Positions 22,854-33,378 of a stretch of 64,000 nucleotides of DNA are shown piece by piece. Position numbers and translations under genes: made by a program. The notes under the pieces are model-generated. The model ran no database searches. It worked only from the letters and a program-made list of their open reading frames with translations, and was not told the DNA's origin. The stretch lies in the NCBI GenBank assembly GCA_034530615.2, contig JAVRCV020000053.1, positions 64,001 through 128,000 on the forward strand, given 5' to 3'. Origin of the DNA: Aulosira sp. ZfuVER01. GTDB taxonomy: Bacteria > Cyanobacteriota > Cyanobacteriia > Cyanobacteriales > Nostocaceae. The stretch's first letter is position 1, and each line of letters begins with the position of its first letter.

Positions 22854-23054
22854 ATGACTGAAGATAACGAGCCTGAGAGACGATCGGGGGAGGATTGGGA
22901 CTGGCGAACGGAAACCAGGGATTGGTCAGCCGCAGCATCAGAGCTGGCTTGCTTTTCTCTGGCTAGGATGAAGGACAAGGATTTAATCGAAATCATTGAC
23001 ACTAAGCGAGGCTTACTTAGGTATATATGTATATTTAGGGTTAAAAAATCATGA
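22854..23054 (+). CDS. Small hypothetical protein
   Basis: 66-aa ATG ORF with ATGA overlap to the next ORF. Confidence 0.55.
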   Translation: MTEDNEPERRSGEDWDWRTETRDWSAAASELACFSLARMKDKDLIEIIDTKRGLLRYICIFRVKKS

Positions 23055-23302
23055 CAGAAGCACAATTAACAGCTACTCAGATACCAATAAATGAACTAAT
23101 AGATATGCTGGCAGCTATTGGTAACAAAGACTACGCTCAATTTCAAGAGCTAGAGCAAGCTTTTGTTTCCCAACATGGGGAGGAAGTTTGGGAGCAAGTT
23201 TTTAACTTTCGCGTTTTACCTGCGCTAGACGAGCCTGCTAATCAATGGCTATTAATGCAGTGGATGAGTCACGGTATCAACAGCATAAAAACAGTGGCTT
23301 AG
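23051..23302 (+). CDS. Small hypothetical helical protein
   Basis: 83-aa ORF, translationally coupled to the upstream ORF. Confidence 0.6.
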   Translation: MTEAQLTATQIPINELIDMLAAIGNKDYAQFQELEQAFVSQHGEEVWEQVFNFRVLPALDEPANQWLLMQWMSHGINSIKTVA

Positions 23303-23339
23303 GTGGGTAAAATCCCTGCTTCCTCATACCCCTCATCCT

Positions 23340-24026
23340 TCATAAAAGCGCTTGCATTTGACGCAAAGCTTGTAAATCTAAAGAGGCAAGATGCTGGTAA
23401 GCTTGAGCGATCGCACCTTTGCCTCTCAGATAACCTGTATTTGCACCGGGACAAATATACTCAAGAGTTTCTGGTGTAAAGCGTTCTAAGAGGTACTGAA
23501 GACTATTAATTTGTCGCGGCCAGTGAAAAGTTTTGGCTGTGCGTAATGGAACTGGTTCACCCTGTTGCTTGGGAACTAAATGGCGTCCTGAAAATAACAC
23601 ACCTCCAAGTTGACTGTAGTATAGGCAAGATGAGCCAGGAGAATGACCTGGTGTCCAAATTATTTTAATTTCTGAATCTAAAATGAGTTCTTGGGCAAAA
23701 GTAGTTACAGTTAATTCTGGTAATAAATAAGCTTCTTGCTCTTGAATTACAACCTCGCAACCCAAGGTTGGCTGGAGTTCTGCTGTTTTGCCAATAGCAC
23801 CGCGATGGGTAAGAAATAGCCAGCGCACACCGCCATGCGATCGCAAAAAATCCAGATTCGTTTGTTCTAAAGCAGGGCAATCTATCAGGATATTGCTTTC
23901 ATTTCTTACAATAAAATAAGAGGTTCCCCCTAATGTGTCCCGATTGGGTGGAAAAGCATAAATACTATTCAGCACAGTCCGTGGTGGCTTAACTGTATGA
24001 TTTGGCTGTTGGGGTGAGGGGCACAT
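23340..24026 (-). CDS. Metallo-beta-lactamase-fold protein
   Basis: ILIDCP, FLTHR, WTPGHSPGSSC, LFSG. Confidence 0.85.
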   Translation of the reverse strand: MCPSPQQPNHTVKPPRTVLNSIYAFPPNRDTLGGTSYFIVRNESNILIDCPALEQTNLDFLRSHGGVRWLFLTHRGAIGKTAELQPTLGCEVVIQEQEAYLLPELTVTTFAQELILDSEIKIIWTPGHSPGSSCLYYSQLGGVLFSGRHLVPKQQGEPVPLRTAKTFHWPRQINSLQYLLERFTPETLEYICPGANTGYLRGKGAIAQAYQHLASLDLQALRQMQALL

Positions 24027-24187
24027 GAGAAAAACACCGAAAATTAGGAGTTGCCGAGAATTTGGTTGCAGAGTTCAACTGCTGTTAACCGTTGTAGAAA
24101 AGATTGGGGTTTTATAGTCTGGCTGGTAGTGAAAGCTGTGGTGCTGACTCTACGAGTAGGACATTTTTTCAAATTACCGAAGAACAA

Positions 24188-25666
24188 ATGACATTTTGGT
24201 TTCTCCTCCTACTGGGACTAGCTACTTATCTAATGGTGCAGCGTGTCGTCGCACATAGCACTCAGACACCTGTCTGGTTGTTGTGGCTAGTTTTAATGAC
24301 ACCAGCATTTTTGTTGACCGGATGGACGTTATTATATGGGGCGAAACAACCGCCGCCTTCATCACTGATCCTCTGGTCGTCAATTATCTGCATTTTGTTA
24401 TACTGGCTGTTATTTCAATGGGGACGGCGATCGCCCAGAGATAAACAGACTGAACCTCAAGCTATAGAATCACAATCGGTTATTAATCCTACCGCAGAAC
24501 CAGTAAAAGTGCGTCCCATTGAGCCAACGGAAGAAACCCAGCTGCGAAATTGTTTTCCCTGGTCTACATACTACATTCAAAACATTGAGTATCGACCCCA
24601 GGCGGTAATTTGTCGCGGTCAGTTAAGAACTGCACCAAGTCAAGCCTACCAACAAATTAAGTCTAATATCGAAGCACAATTTGGCGATCGCTTTTTGCTG
24701 ATATTTCAAGAAGGTGCCAATAGTAAACCTTTCTTTGTGCTTGTTCCCAATCCTCAAGCTGCAAAACAGGTCAATTCCAGTAACCAAGAACAGTTAACAC
24801 GCCCAGGATTAGCACTCTTGCTTTTAGTAGCTACTTTGGTAACTACTACCATAGTGGGAACTAAACTTGCTGGTGTCGATCTCAAAGTATTAGAATCCCA
24901 ACCCAATATTTTGCTTCAGGGATTGCCCTATGCTTTAGGACTCATGACTATTTTGGGTATCCACGAACTTGGTCACTATTTGACAGCTAGGTACTACAAA
25001 ATTCGTGCCACACTGCCCTATTTTATCCCCGTGCCTTTTTTCTTAGGAACATTTGGGGCATTTATTCAAATGCGCAGCCCTATTCCTAATCGCAAAGCTT
25101 TATTTGATGTTAGTATTGCCGGGCCAATTGCAGGTTTTATTGTTACTTTACCTTTATTAATCTGGGGTTTAGCTCACTCTGATGTAGTTGCTTTGAGTCC
25201 AAAAACCGGGCCGTTAAACCCCGATGCCCTCAATCCCAAATATTCCATTTTGCTAGCACTACTCTCGAAATTAGCACTGGGAAATTCATTAACTTCAACA
25301 TCAGCTATTGACTTACATCCAGTTGCAGTTGCAGGTTTTTTAGGGCTAATTGTGACTGCATTAAATTTGATGCCTGTGGGACAATTAGACGGGGGTCATA
25401 TTGTCCACGCCATTTTTGGACAGAGAACCGCGATCGCAATTGGTCAAATGGCACGCTTGCTGCTGCTATTACTTTCTTTTATCCAGGTAGAATATTTCGT
25501 TTGGGCAATCATCTTATTACTCATACCCTTGGTTGATGAACCTGCTCTCAACGATGTTACAGAACTGGACAATAAACGCGATATTTTGGGTTTGTTATCA
25601 ATGGCTTTGTTGGTGATGATTGTACTGCCACTACCCCAGGCGATCGCTAACCTATTGCAGATTTAA
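24188..25666 (+). CDS. Site-2 protease (peptidase M50)
   Basis: HELGH zinc motif, AGPIAG, NLMPVGQLDGGH; ATG 24188 likely start. Confidence 0.92.
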   Translation: MTFWFLLLLGLATYLMVQRVVAHSTQTPVWLLWLVLMTPAFLLTGWTLLYGAKQPPPSSLILWSSIICILLYWLLFQWGRRSPRDKQTEPQAIESQSVINPTAEPVKVRPIEPTEETQLRNCFPWSTYYIQNIEYRPQAVICRGQLRTAPSQAYQQIKSNIEAQFGDRFLLIFQEGANSKPFFVLVPNPQAAKQVNSSNQEQLTRPGLALLLLVATLVTTTIVGTKLAGVDLKVLESQPNILLQGLPYALGLMTILGIHELGHYLTARYYKIRATLPYFIPVPFFLGTFGAFIQMRSPIPNRKALFDVSIAGPIAGFIVTLPLLIWGLAHSDVVALSPKTGPLNPDALNPKYSILLALLSKLALGNSLTSTSAIDLHPVAVAGFLGLIVTALNLMPVGQLDGGHIVHAIFGQRTAIAIGQMARLLLLLLSFIQVEYFVWAIILLLIPLVDEPALNDVTELDNKRDILGLLSMALLVMIVLPLPQAIANLLQI

Positions 25667-25878
25667 ATATTTGAGTCAGTCGGAAGATTCTAACCCCTGA
25701 TGAGAAAACGCTTACGAGCAACAGCGACAACTGGATTATTTATCTGTAGACGCTTAATCTACAGAGTTGAGCAGTAAATATTGTTGGGGAAATGGGAGTA
25801 GCATTAGAGATAAATGCGATCGCTAATAATTATTTCCCCAATGTTTCGCTAGCAATGACTGTAAATATCTTCAGAAAT

Positions 25879-27402
25879 CTACTTATAACAATACGAACAT
25901 TTTCTAACCTGGCTATTAGTTGTTTGGCTCTTTAACTGCTCAATCACAGCAAAACGAATATCTCGTTTTTCGGCAATCAGCTTAATTCCCGGTTGTTGAA
26001 GATTTAAGAAATCTAATCCTTTTTCTTTGCCACTAATTAAGAAGTCATTAATAGCAACTTTGTAAATTCTTTTCGGGTCAATTTTTCGGTCTTTAATCAC
26101 CCAATCTCCTGAACTTGGTGCTTGACTAACATTAGCTGTTTGCAAATAGCCACCAGTACCTTGATTGATTTGTCCTTGAGCCAATACTCTTTTCAACAAC
26201 GTACCATTTATCTCTACCGCTACAACTTTGCCGCCGAAAGGTAATATCCGAATTACATCATATTGGGTAATTGGGCCTGGTGGAATGACATCATCAACCC
26301 GAATTGAACCACCATTAAATATAGCTAAATCCGCATCTGGTACTTCCTTCAACATCGCCGCTGCAATTAACTCTGTGAGTTGGGTGGATTTGTTACGGAC
26401 GCTAGATTCTAAACCATCTAAAGCAAAGGACAATTTTGCAACTTCTTGATTTGGCTCAAAACCATTGGCACGAAAGGCCTGATAACCTTTTTCTAGCCAT
26501 TCCTTAACTATCATTGCAGTTTTGGGTTCGTCGGGAATTTTCTCAATAATTGGTACTAGTCGAGAGTTAATCTGGAGGCTTTTTTTGATAGTGTCGTAGC
26601 TTAATTGGTGAACGTATACTGTACGCGCATTAGCATCTGCTTTAAAAATTGGTGTAAAGTCTCGACCCCGCCATTGCTGGATATTTTCATGCTCGTGCCC
26701 ACCAAGAATGATATCAATTTCTGGTATCGTTTCTGCGAGTATGCGATCACTTCCAATTGGCAGGTGAGTGATAGCAACTACAATATCAACTTTACCCTTG
26801 AGTGCCTTCACCTGTTGTTTGGCTGTTTCAATGGGATCGGTATAACTAACATAACTAGGCTGATTACTATTGAGAGTCAGGCCAATTAACCCTACCCTGA
26901 CCACAGCACCGCGATCGCCTTTGACATTAAATATTATCGATCGCGGCACACCTTTGAAAGGCTGCCCTTTGCTATCTGATACATTACCCGAAACCCAGCG
27001 AAAGCGAGATTCTTGCAAGCGTTGATAGAAAAGGTTTTCCGGTAAGTCAAATTCATGATTGCCAAAAGTTGCGTAGTCAAAGCCTACAGCATTCATTACA
27101 GCTACCATTTGCTGTCCAGCTAGCGGTGTACCGTTAATTTTGGCAGTTCCTAAAGCCGAAGGACTAAAAGCATCCCCTGCTAATACCGTGTATGTACGAG
27201 GGTTTGCTTTGTAAAGTTGTTGTCGCAAGGTAGCGACACGCGCCAAACCGCCGCGAGTTCCACCTTCCACTGGTGTAATTTCGTAAATGTCATTGAGTTG
27301 CAGCAAGTTAATATTCACGATTTCTGCCATTACAGGAGTAGCTAAAGCTACCGTTGCTAACACCTGTAAAACTAAGCCACAACTCTTCCAGATGAGTTTC
27401 AT
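25879..27402 (-). CDS. Secreted bifunctional metallophosphatase / 5'-nucleotidase
   Basis: Signal peptide, LNDIYE, AGDAFSPS, FGNHEFD, GGHEH, NGGSIR. Confidence 0.92.
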   Translation of the reverse strand: MKLIWKSCGLVLQVLATVALATPVMAEIVNINLLQLNDIYEITPVEGGTRGGLARVATLRQQLYKANPRTYTVLAGDAFSPSALGTAKINGTPLAGQQMVAVMNAVGFDYATFGNHEFDLPENLFYQRLQESRFRWVSGNVSDSKGQPFKGVPRSIIFNVKGDRGAVVRVGLIGLTLNSNQPSYVSYTDPIETAKQQVKALKGKVDIVVAITHLPIGSDRILAETIPEIDIILGGHEHENIQQWRGRDFTPIFKADANARTVYVHQLSYDTIKKSLQINSRLVPIIEKIPDEPKTAMIVKEWLEKGYQAFRANGFEPNQEVAKLSFALDGLESSVRNKSTQLTELIAAAMLKEVPDADLAIFNGGSIRVDDVIPPGPITQYDVIRILPFGGKVVAVEINGTLLKRVLAQGQINQGTGGYLQTANVSQAPSSGDWVIKDRKIDPKRIYKVAINDFLISGKEKGLDFLNLQQPGIKLIAEKRDIRFAVIEQLKSQTTNSQVRKCSYCYK

Positions 27403-27463
27403 TTTTAGCTGGGAATCCCTTATAATCTACGGAATTGATTTTAAGGGTTTTTATCGTTGTTAT

Positions 27464-28102
27464 ATGCACTCTAGCACTGAGCAAATAGAAACTAAAAAAT
27501 CAACCATAGCCATTATGATTCTGGCTGCGGGTGCATCTACTCGTATGGGTACACCAAAACAGCTATTGCTCTACCAAGGACAGAGTTTGGTGCAACATAT
27601 CACAGAAATTGCGATCGCTTCAGTTTGCAACCCTGTGGTAGTCGTACTTGGAGCATATTTAGAACAGATTCGCCCCCAAATCAATCACCTTACCGTGAAC
27701 ATCGTTGAGAACTTAGATTGGGCTGGGGGAATGGGTGCTTCCATCAACAGCGGTATGCAATTTTTGCAGAATCTACCACAAAACATTGACGCAGTAGTTA
27801 TTTTAGTTTGCGACCAACCATTTCTTTCACCACAAATTATTAATCAACTTGTCGAGGCATATCACTCAACAAAAAAATCTATTATTACTTGTGAATATGC
27901 AGGCACATTAGGCGTACCTGCTTTGTTTAGTAATATATTTTTTTCAGATCTGGCTGAATTACCAGGAAATACAGGAGCAAAAACAATTATTAAGAACAAC
28001 CTTGCTCAATTATTTTCCATACCTTTTGATCGGGGAGTCATTGATATTGATACCCCACAAGATTATGAGCAATTGCTATCGATGAATAGCAACTCTATGT
28101 AA
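27464..28102 (+). CDS. Nucleotidyltransferase (MocA/MobA-like)
   Basis: ILAAGASTRMGTPKQLL, CDQP, DIDTPQDY; ATG 27464 avoids overlap with the divergent gene. Confidence 0.88.
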   Translation: MHSSTEQIETKKSTIAIMILAAGASTRMGTPKQLLLYQGQSLVQHITEIAIASVCNPVVVVLGAYLEQIRPQINHLTVNIVENLDWAGGMGASINSGMQFLQNLPQNIDAVVILVCDQPFLSPQIINQLVEAYHSTKKSIITCEYAGTLGVPALFSNIFFSDLAELPGNTGAKTIIKNNLAQLFSIPFDRGVIDIDTPQDYEQLLSMNSNSM

Positions 28103-28227
28103 TTTTAAATTCAGTTTCCTTTGTGTCTTAGTGTCTCTGTGGTTTTGTTGAACCGCCAAGACACTAAGCCAAATCATCAACAATTAAGACATGAAAGCAG
28201 ATGTTGACCTCTTCTTGATAGGGCTAG

Positions 28228-28626
28228 TTACCATCTGTCATATCTGTCGTTTCTATAGTATCTGTCATCGTCTCTATCGTATCTGTCATCGTATCTGTCA
28301 TTTCTGTTGAATCTATCGTTTCTGTTGAATCTATCATTTCTGTTGTTTCTGCGATCGCGAATTATAAACTGCGCTCGACAACCATTTCTCACCCAGATCC
28401 GATTTCCGTTATAGCCCCAATTGTCTTTACAACTGGAGCTAGATAATTGCCTGATCAGGCGAACTCTACCTGTTGTAGATACTGAGCAAATATTCCGCCG
28501 ATTATTATGGCTTTCACAAGTTATGACTTGTTGGGCTGAAGCTGGGCTAGCAATGCTCAAAACCATACCTAAACTGACACTGGCAACCATAAAGGTAGCA
28601 GCAATTGCGGGAAAGCGAGTAATCAT
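28228..28626 (-). CDS. Secreted DUF3011-like protein with R/D/N-rich repeat tail
   Basis: Signal peptide, ITCES...C...RQLS...C...WG...IWV.NGCRAQF, followed by RNDRFN repeats. Confidence 0.75.
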   Translation of the reverse strand: MITRFPAIAATFMVASVSLGMVLSIASPASAQQVITCESHNNRRNICSVSTTGRVRLIRQLSSSSCKDNWGYNGNRIWVRNGCRAQFIIRDRRNNRNDRFNRNDRFNRNDRYDDRYDRDDDRYYRNDRYDRW

Positions 28627-28887
28627 ATTAAGTGTTAGATGTCTTCAAAAAATATTTAGTTGATTACTATTTTAATCTATATTCCACAACCGTAAATCTA
28701 CTTGAAGAAGATAATTTTAGGGAATTGTTTTTTGTTATTGAGAATTTATTCAAGGAAGAGTACGCCATTGTACTGTCGGCTGGTATTAACAATAGCAATC
28801 CTATTTCAGTTGTGAAAAATATCAGTGGTGGCTGTCAACTATTAACAGTCATCGGTTAACAGTCTAATGCCCAATGCCCATTGATCT

Positions 28888-30780
28888 TTAGATATTAATA
28901 CTCTGAGGAATTTTAGAAGGGAGCAGATACTCATAGGCTGGACGGTTCAAGTTGCGTTGATTAATAGTATGTTCAACTTGCTGGAGATTTTTTTGGAATG
29001 TCTGCAACAAGGGTTGTACACGCCGATCGCTAAAGTATCCCTGTGGATATTCACCAAGTTTGTTGTAATATACAGAACCTAATAAACCGAGTAGATTATA
29101 TTGCCGTTGTGCTTGATTCAAGGGTGGAAGTAAATTCAGGTAGTCTTGCTCAGTAACTTCTCCTTTGAGAATTGAAGCTGGCAAATAACCAGCCATTGGC
29201 AAGGCAGCAGCATAGCCCATCAAATCTTTTTGGGGAAAGTTAACCGCAGCATGTTGAGCGCTGGCTGTGAAAATAATTAATGTAGCCGCATCTACTAAGT
29301 ATTCTCGCGTTTGGATACGTCCATCTTCACCAAAATCGCTGATGCGACCACCATTGTAAGCTTGGACTTCAGTTGCCCACTTCTGAAGGGCTGCATCATT
29401 CTGAATGTCGTTATCTGTAGCGTAGTAAAGGTTCAGGTAGTCTGCAACCCACTGATGAATGGTATCCCAGACTAACAGTGCATCGTCCCGGTAAGGATAC
29501 ACAGGCAACAAATTAGGATCGTCTACACCACGCTGCTGGAATTGCTTCCGTAACATGGCACTATTGAAGCCATAGCTTTGTAAGCCACGCACTGCTAAAA
29601 CCCGAGAGTTATCAATCGTTGATGAGAGTAATCTATCGACCCCACCCCCAGGAGCGATTAAAATCCTTTGGGCTGCATCGTTAATTGCTAAAGTGCCTTC
29701 AAAATGGGAGCGCAGCAGTAAGCCAAGGGGATGAGTGGCTGGCAACTGGCGATGGGTAGCCATGACAAAAGCACCAACGAACAGGTGTGTTCTGGCTAGG
29801 TGGGTGACAGGTTCGTGGAAGTTAGCATCTGCTATCTGTACAATTGTTTTGGCAAATAGCCAAGCGTATTTACCTGAGTTAGGGGTGATAATCGGGTAAT
29901 CGGGGCCGGGAGTTTGGCCGCATTGAATGGCGACTGGACGTAGTAAACGAGAGAGTTTTGAGCCTTTGGGTACAGCAAATAGTGCTAGGGGCGCATAGAC
30001 ATATTTTTGGTCTTGTAGATATATACCGTCGATCGCACCCTCGAAAATTCCATAATCCGCTAGGTAAAGTCTTCCTTCTTCTCCCGCTGCTTGTAATGAA
30101 TCATCCGTTCCCATCACCGCCTGGTAATGTTCGTCGGTGACAGGGAAGTGATCGCTCAGGCTGGTTACTCGCTGAATCATTACGGGATTGTAGCCAGCTA
30201 CTCGCATATAGGCAAAGACTTTATCTTCCTGGAAAGTTTTGCCAATCGCTGGCACTCCAATCATAGGGAACAACTTTTCATAATCATTTAGGTTGGTCAC
30301 ATGACCTGTAGGTTGTCCTTCACGCAACAGCGTAATAGCCCGATTCAAAGCATCTTTGAGAATTACAAGTCCGTTTTCCTTGAGAATAGAAAATAACAGA
30401 TCGTCAAGTTCTCTAAAATCTTTGGATATTCCTTTGATTAAAAACTGAGGGAGAATTTGCAGAAGCCTAGCAATAATACTGATTTTGAACGGTATTGCCC
30501 CCTTAAATAAGGCTTCTAGGATAAACATTTTCACATCATCACGGATCGTCGACTTGGAACCACGATTGCCTCGGTTGGTAATCAAGGTATTGAGAAAAAT
30601 ATTGCGTAACTGCTGGGCTAGCAAAAAATACCAGTTCGCGGAGAAGCGTTCCGTAGCAGGAAGCTCATCTACCATCGCGATCGGTGGAATATGGGTGTAG
30701 TTATATTTATATTCTTGCCTAGCAACCTCTAGGCTCGCAGTAACGGGAATTATTGAATTGTTTTGTGATGAAGCAGTCAT
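28888..30780 (-). CDS. Lipoxygenase
   Basis: WLFAKT..QIADANFHEPVTHLARTH, SAQHAAVNFPQ, C-terminal IPQSINI. Confidence 0.95.
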   Translation of the reverse strand: MTASSQNNSIIPVTASLEVARQEYKYNYTHIPPIAMVDELPATERFSANWYFLLAQQLRNIFLNTLITNRGNRGSKSTIRDDVKMFILEALFKGAIPFKISIIARLLQILPQFLIKGISKDFRELDDLLFSILKENGLVILKDALNRAITLLREGQPTGHVTNLNDYEKLFPMIGVPAIGKTFQEDKVFAYMRVAGYNPVMIQRVTSLSDHFPVTDEHYQAVMGTDDSLQAAGEEGRLYLADYGIFEGAIDGIYLQDQKYVYAPLALFAVPKGSKLSRLLRPVAIQCGQTPGPDYPIITPNSGKYAWLFAKTIVQIADANFHEPVTHLARTHLFVGAFVMATHRQLPATHPLGLLLRSHFEGTLAINDAAQRILIAPGGGVDRLLSSTIDNSRVLAVRGLQSYGFNSAMLRKQFQQRGVDDPNLLPVYPYRDDALLVWDTIHQWVADYLNLYYATDNDIQNDAALQKWATEVQAYNGGRISDFGEDGRIQTREYLVDAATLIIFTASAQHAAVNFPQKDLMGYAAALPMAGYLPASILKGEVTEQDYLNLLPPLNQAQRQYNLLGLLGSVYYNKLGEYPQGYFSDRRVQPLLQTFQKNLQQVEHTINQRNLNRPAYEYLLPSKIPQSINI

Positions 30781-30964
30781 GGATTTTCTTGTATGTACTG
30801 TTAAAAGAGAACTTCAAATAATTTTTTCGTTTATGAGATGAGTTAGCACTGTCTGGTAGAGCTTATCGAATTATTCTGTCCAAGTGGCGATTATTGAAAG
30901 GTTGTGTTGCAAAAATTTGTAGGAAATAAAATTGCTGTATAAATTCCGACTTATTATGCAGCCA

Positions 30965-30982
30965 TTGTCAAAATTTTGACAA
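30965..30982. promoter_or_regulatory. Perfect 18-bp palindrome, candidate operator
   Basis: TTGTCAAAATTTTGACAA between the divergent lipoxygenase and cNMP-binding genes. Confidence 0.35.
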
Positions 30983-31158
30983 CAAACTTAAAATTCTGCT
31001 TTACCAAAGATTAACCCTCTGTTAACCTTGCTTGTTTTACCCTAGCGTGTACTCCGATCGTTGCATCTGAAATATAGAGCATCGCAGTTAACGGCGATAA
31101 ATCATACGTGCTGATGCAAAACATAGGTGGAAAAACAACCAATTGCGGGGCAGTTTTT

Positions 31159-31542
31159 ATGTTAAGTGCTGTACAAACTCTCGGTATATTTCAAAAACAA
31201 CCAGATCCGAAAATATTTTCAGCTGGACAAGTTATCTTTCAAGCAGGAGAACCTGGTGATTGTATGTATGGCATTCTAGAAGGAGAGGTTGATATATTAG
31301 TTGATGGCAAGGTCGTAGAAACAATTGAAGCTGGAGAAGTTTTTGCTATAGGAGCTTTGGTAGGGGTAAAAAATAGAACTTATACAGCTATTGCCAAGAC
31401 AGATTGTCAACTTGCTTTCCTGAATGAACAAAGGTTTCTGTTTGTAGTGCAAGAAACTCCTATGTTCGCCCTGCAAGTGATGAAAAATTACTCAGAACGT
31501 TTGACTCGTGTTGAGAAACAGCTATCCAGCCTTACAGTTTAA
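31159..31542 (+). CDS. Stand-alone cyclic-nucleotide-binding domain protein
   Basis: IFQAGEPGDCMYGILEGEV, RTYTAIAKTDC; no HTH; ATG 31159 likely start. Confidence 0.85.
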   Translation: MLSAVQTLGIFQKQPDPKIFSAGQVIFQAGEPGDCMYGILEGEVDILVDGKVVETIEAGEVFAIGALVGVKNRTYTAIAKTDCQLAFLNEQRFLFVVQETPMFALQVMKNYSERLTRVEKQLSSLTV

Positions 31543-31580
31543 TACCGGTTCAAAAAATCTTTGCAACACATCAAGAATCT

Positions 31581-31608
31581 GTAGGGGCGCAAAGTCTTGC
31601 GCCCCTAC
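31581..31608. repeat. GTAG-type REP-like palindrome (second family)
   Basis: gtaggggcgcaa-agtc-ttgcgcccctac, perfect 12-bp arms. Confidence 0.85.
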
Positions 31609-31624
31609 CCAATCTATCTGTCAA

Positions 31625-31659
31625 TCCACCCCCTTGTGGGTGGAGTTTTTTATTTTTTT
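31625..31659 (+). terminator. Intrinsic terminator
   Basis: tccaccc-ccttgt-gggtgga followed by T-rich tract downstream of the cNMP gene. Confidence 0.55.
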
Positions 31660-31668
31660 GGTATTCCC

Positions 31669-33258
31669 TTAACTAACTACGGCTTCTGCTTTTTCCTGCA
31701 CAGGTGGCACATAAGGTTTTTCTGCACCTTGGGCGAGATACTCTGCTAGCTGAGTTTCAATTTGATCGCGCACAATTTGGCGATATTCGAGAAAATGCTC
31801 GTTGTGGGCACAGGCTGAGAGGTAATGCTCGGCAACTCCTGGGTTATGCTTGATGATGCTAAATAAGTGATGCCAGAATTTCCAGCGGGTTTCGCGTTTG
31901 ATGCCTTGTCGCCAGATGACAATCAACAGCGCTTTAATGACTATCAACTCTGGCCATTTAAATGGGGCTTTCCAAGTTGGCGCACCCATCATTAAAAAGC
32001 AGCGGTAAGTACGATCCAAATACTTCACTGGATCGTATAAAGCACAAAATGCTTCAATGTATTCTCTGGCAATATCTTCTAAGGGACGGGTAGCAATAAA
32101 GTTCATCAAAGTTGTCTGGTTGATGTTGCCATCTTTGTTTTCCCGCAATCTGCCTTCTTTCTTCAGGCGATGCCACAAGGCTGTGTTGGGTAGCGCTTGC
32201 AACATAGCAAAGGTAGTAGAAGGAATTCCTGCTTGTTCGGCAAAACGGACAATGCGATCGCCTGCACCTGCTTTTTCGCCATCAAATCCGATAATAAACC
32301 CAGCCATTGGGCGCAATCCAGCTTTGATGATACTTTGCACAGCGTCGGTGAGAGAACTGCGGGTATTTTGAAACTTTTTCGTCAGTTGCAAGCTATCTTC
32401 ATCTGGTGTTTCAATACCTAAAAATACCGCTGCAAAACCAGATTCAACCATCAATTCCATCAATTCTGGATCTTGTGCTAAATCAATTGAAGCTTCGGTA
32501 TCAAAGCGGAAGGGATATTGATGTTCTTGCATCCAAACTTTTAACTCTTTCAGCAACAATTTCACATTGCGTTTGTTGCCAATAAAGTTGTCATCAACCA
32601 TGAACACACCCCGCCGCCAACCTAATTCATAAAGATAATCTAATTCTGCTAATAGTTGGGCTGGGGTTTTGGTACGTGGTTTGCGGCCATAGAGAACAAT
32701 AATGTCACAGAATTCGCATTGGAAAGGACAACCCCGCGAAAACTGCACCGACATCATATCGTAAGCATCAAATTCTAATAAATCAAAGCGGGGTACTGGT
32801 GTGCTTGTGACATCTGGTTTTTCACTCGTCCGGAAAGTACCAGAGGTTTCGCCTCTTTGAATCGCCTCAACGAACATAGGTAAGGTGATTTCCCCTTCAT
32901 CCAAAATCAGAAAATCTGCGCCCACGTTTTGTACTTCATGGGGTGTAGAGGTGGGGTAGGGGCCGCCCACAGCGACTAACTTACCACGCCGTTTTGCTTC
33001 CTGGATTTGGTCTAGTAAGTCCTGTTTCTGGACAATCATGGCGGAGAAAATGACCACATCAGCCCAAGCCCATTCGGCTTCGGTAACTGGACGGATGTTG
33101 CGATCGACTAGCTTATATTCCCATTCTTGAGGGAGAATTGCCGCCACTGTTACTAAACCCAAAGGTGGTAACAAAACCTTGCGATCGACTAACGCCAAAA
33201 TTTTCTCGTATGACCAAAAGGTTTTCGGAAATATTGGATACACCAGTAGGACTCGCAT
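31669..33258 (-). CDS. B12-binding radical SAM protein (DUF4070, HpnP-like)
   Basis: PPLGL..VAA, GGPY, SRGCPFQCEFC, VDDNFIGN, GIETP. Confidence 0.9.
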   Translation of the reverse strand: MRVLLVYPIFPKTFWSYEKILALVDRKVLLPPLGLVTVAAILPQEWEYKLVDRNIRPVTEAEWAWADVVIFSAMIVQKQDLLDQIQEAKRRGKLVAVGGPYPTSTPHEVQNVGADFLILDEGEITLPMFVEAIQRGETSGTFRTSEKPDVTSTPVPRFDLLEFDAYDMMSVQFSRGCPFQCEFCDIIVLYGRKPRTKTPAQLLAELDYLYELGWRRGVFMVDDNFIGNKRNVKLLLKELKVWMQEHQYPFRFDTEASIDLAQDPELMELMVESGFAAVFLGIETPDEDSLQLTKKFQNTRSSLTDAVQSIIKAGLRPMAGFIIGFDGEKAGAGDRIVRFAEQAGIPSTTFAMLQALPNTALWHRLKKEGRLRENKDGNINQTTLMNFIATRPLEDIAREYIEAFCALYDPVKYLDRTYRCFLMMGAPTWKAPFKWPELIVIKALLIVIWRQGIKRETRWKFWHHLFSIIKHNPGVAEHYLSACAHNEHFLEYRQIVRDQIETQLAEYLAQGAEKPYVPPVQEKAEAVVS

Positions 33259-33378
33259 ACAGTATCAACCCTCACACTTTGATTGTTATCCCACTTTAAC
33301 GAAAATTAAGACTTATTGACTTTTTATCTTAGCGGGTTCATCTGTTTCCTAAAATTTTTTCTTCCACATAAATGCGCT

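Noticed and set aside
25697..25740. CTGATGA hammerhead ribozyme core
   Set aside because: No stem II followed by GAAA and no closing stems could be built.
28632..28859. 75-aa ORF
   Set aside because: GTG start without RBS in an AT-rich spacer; no recognisable features.
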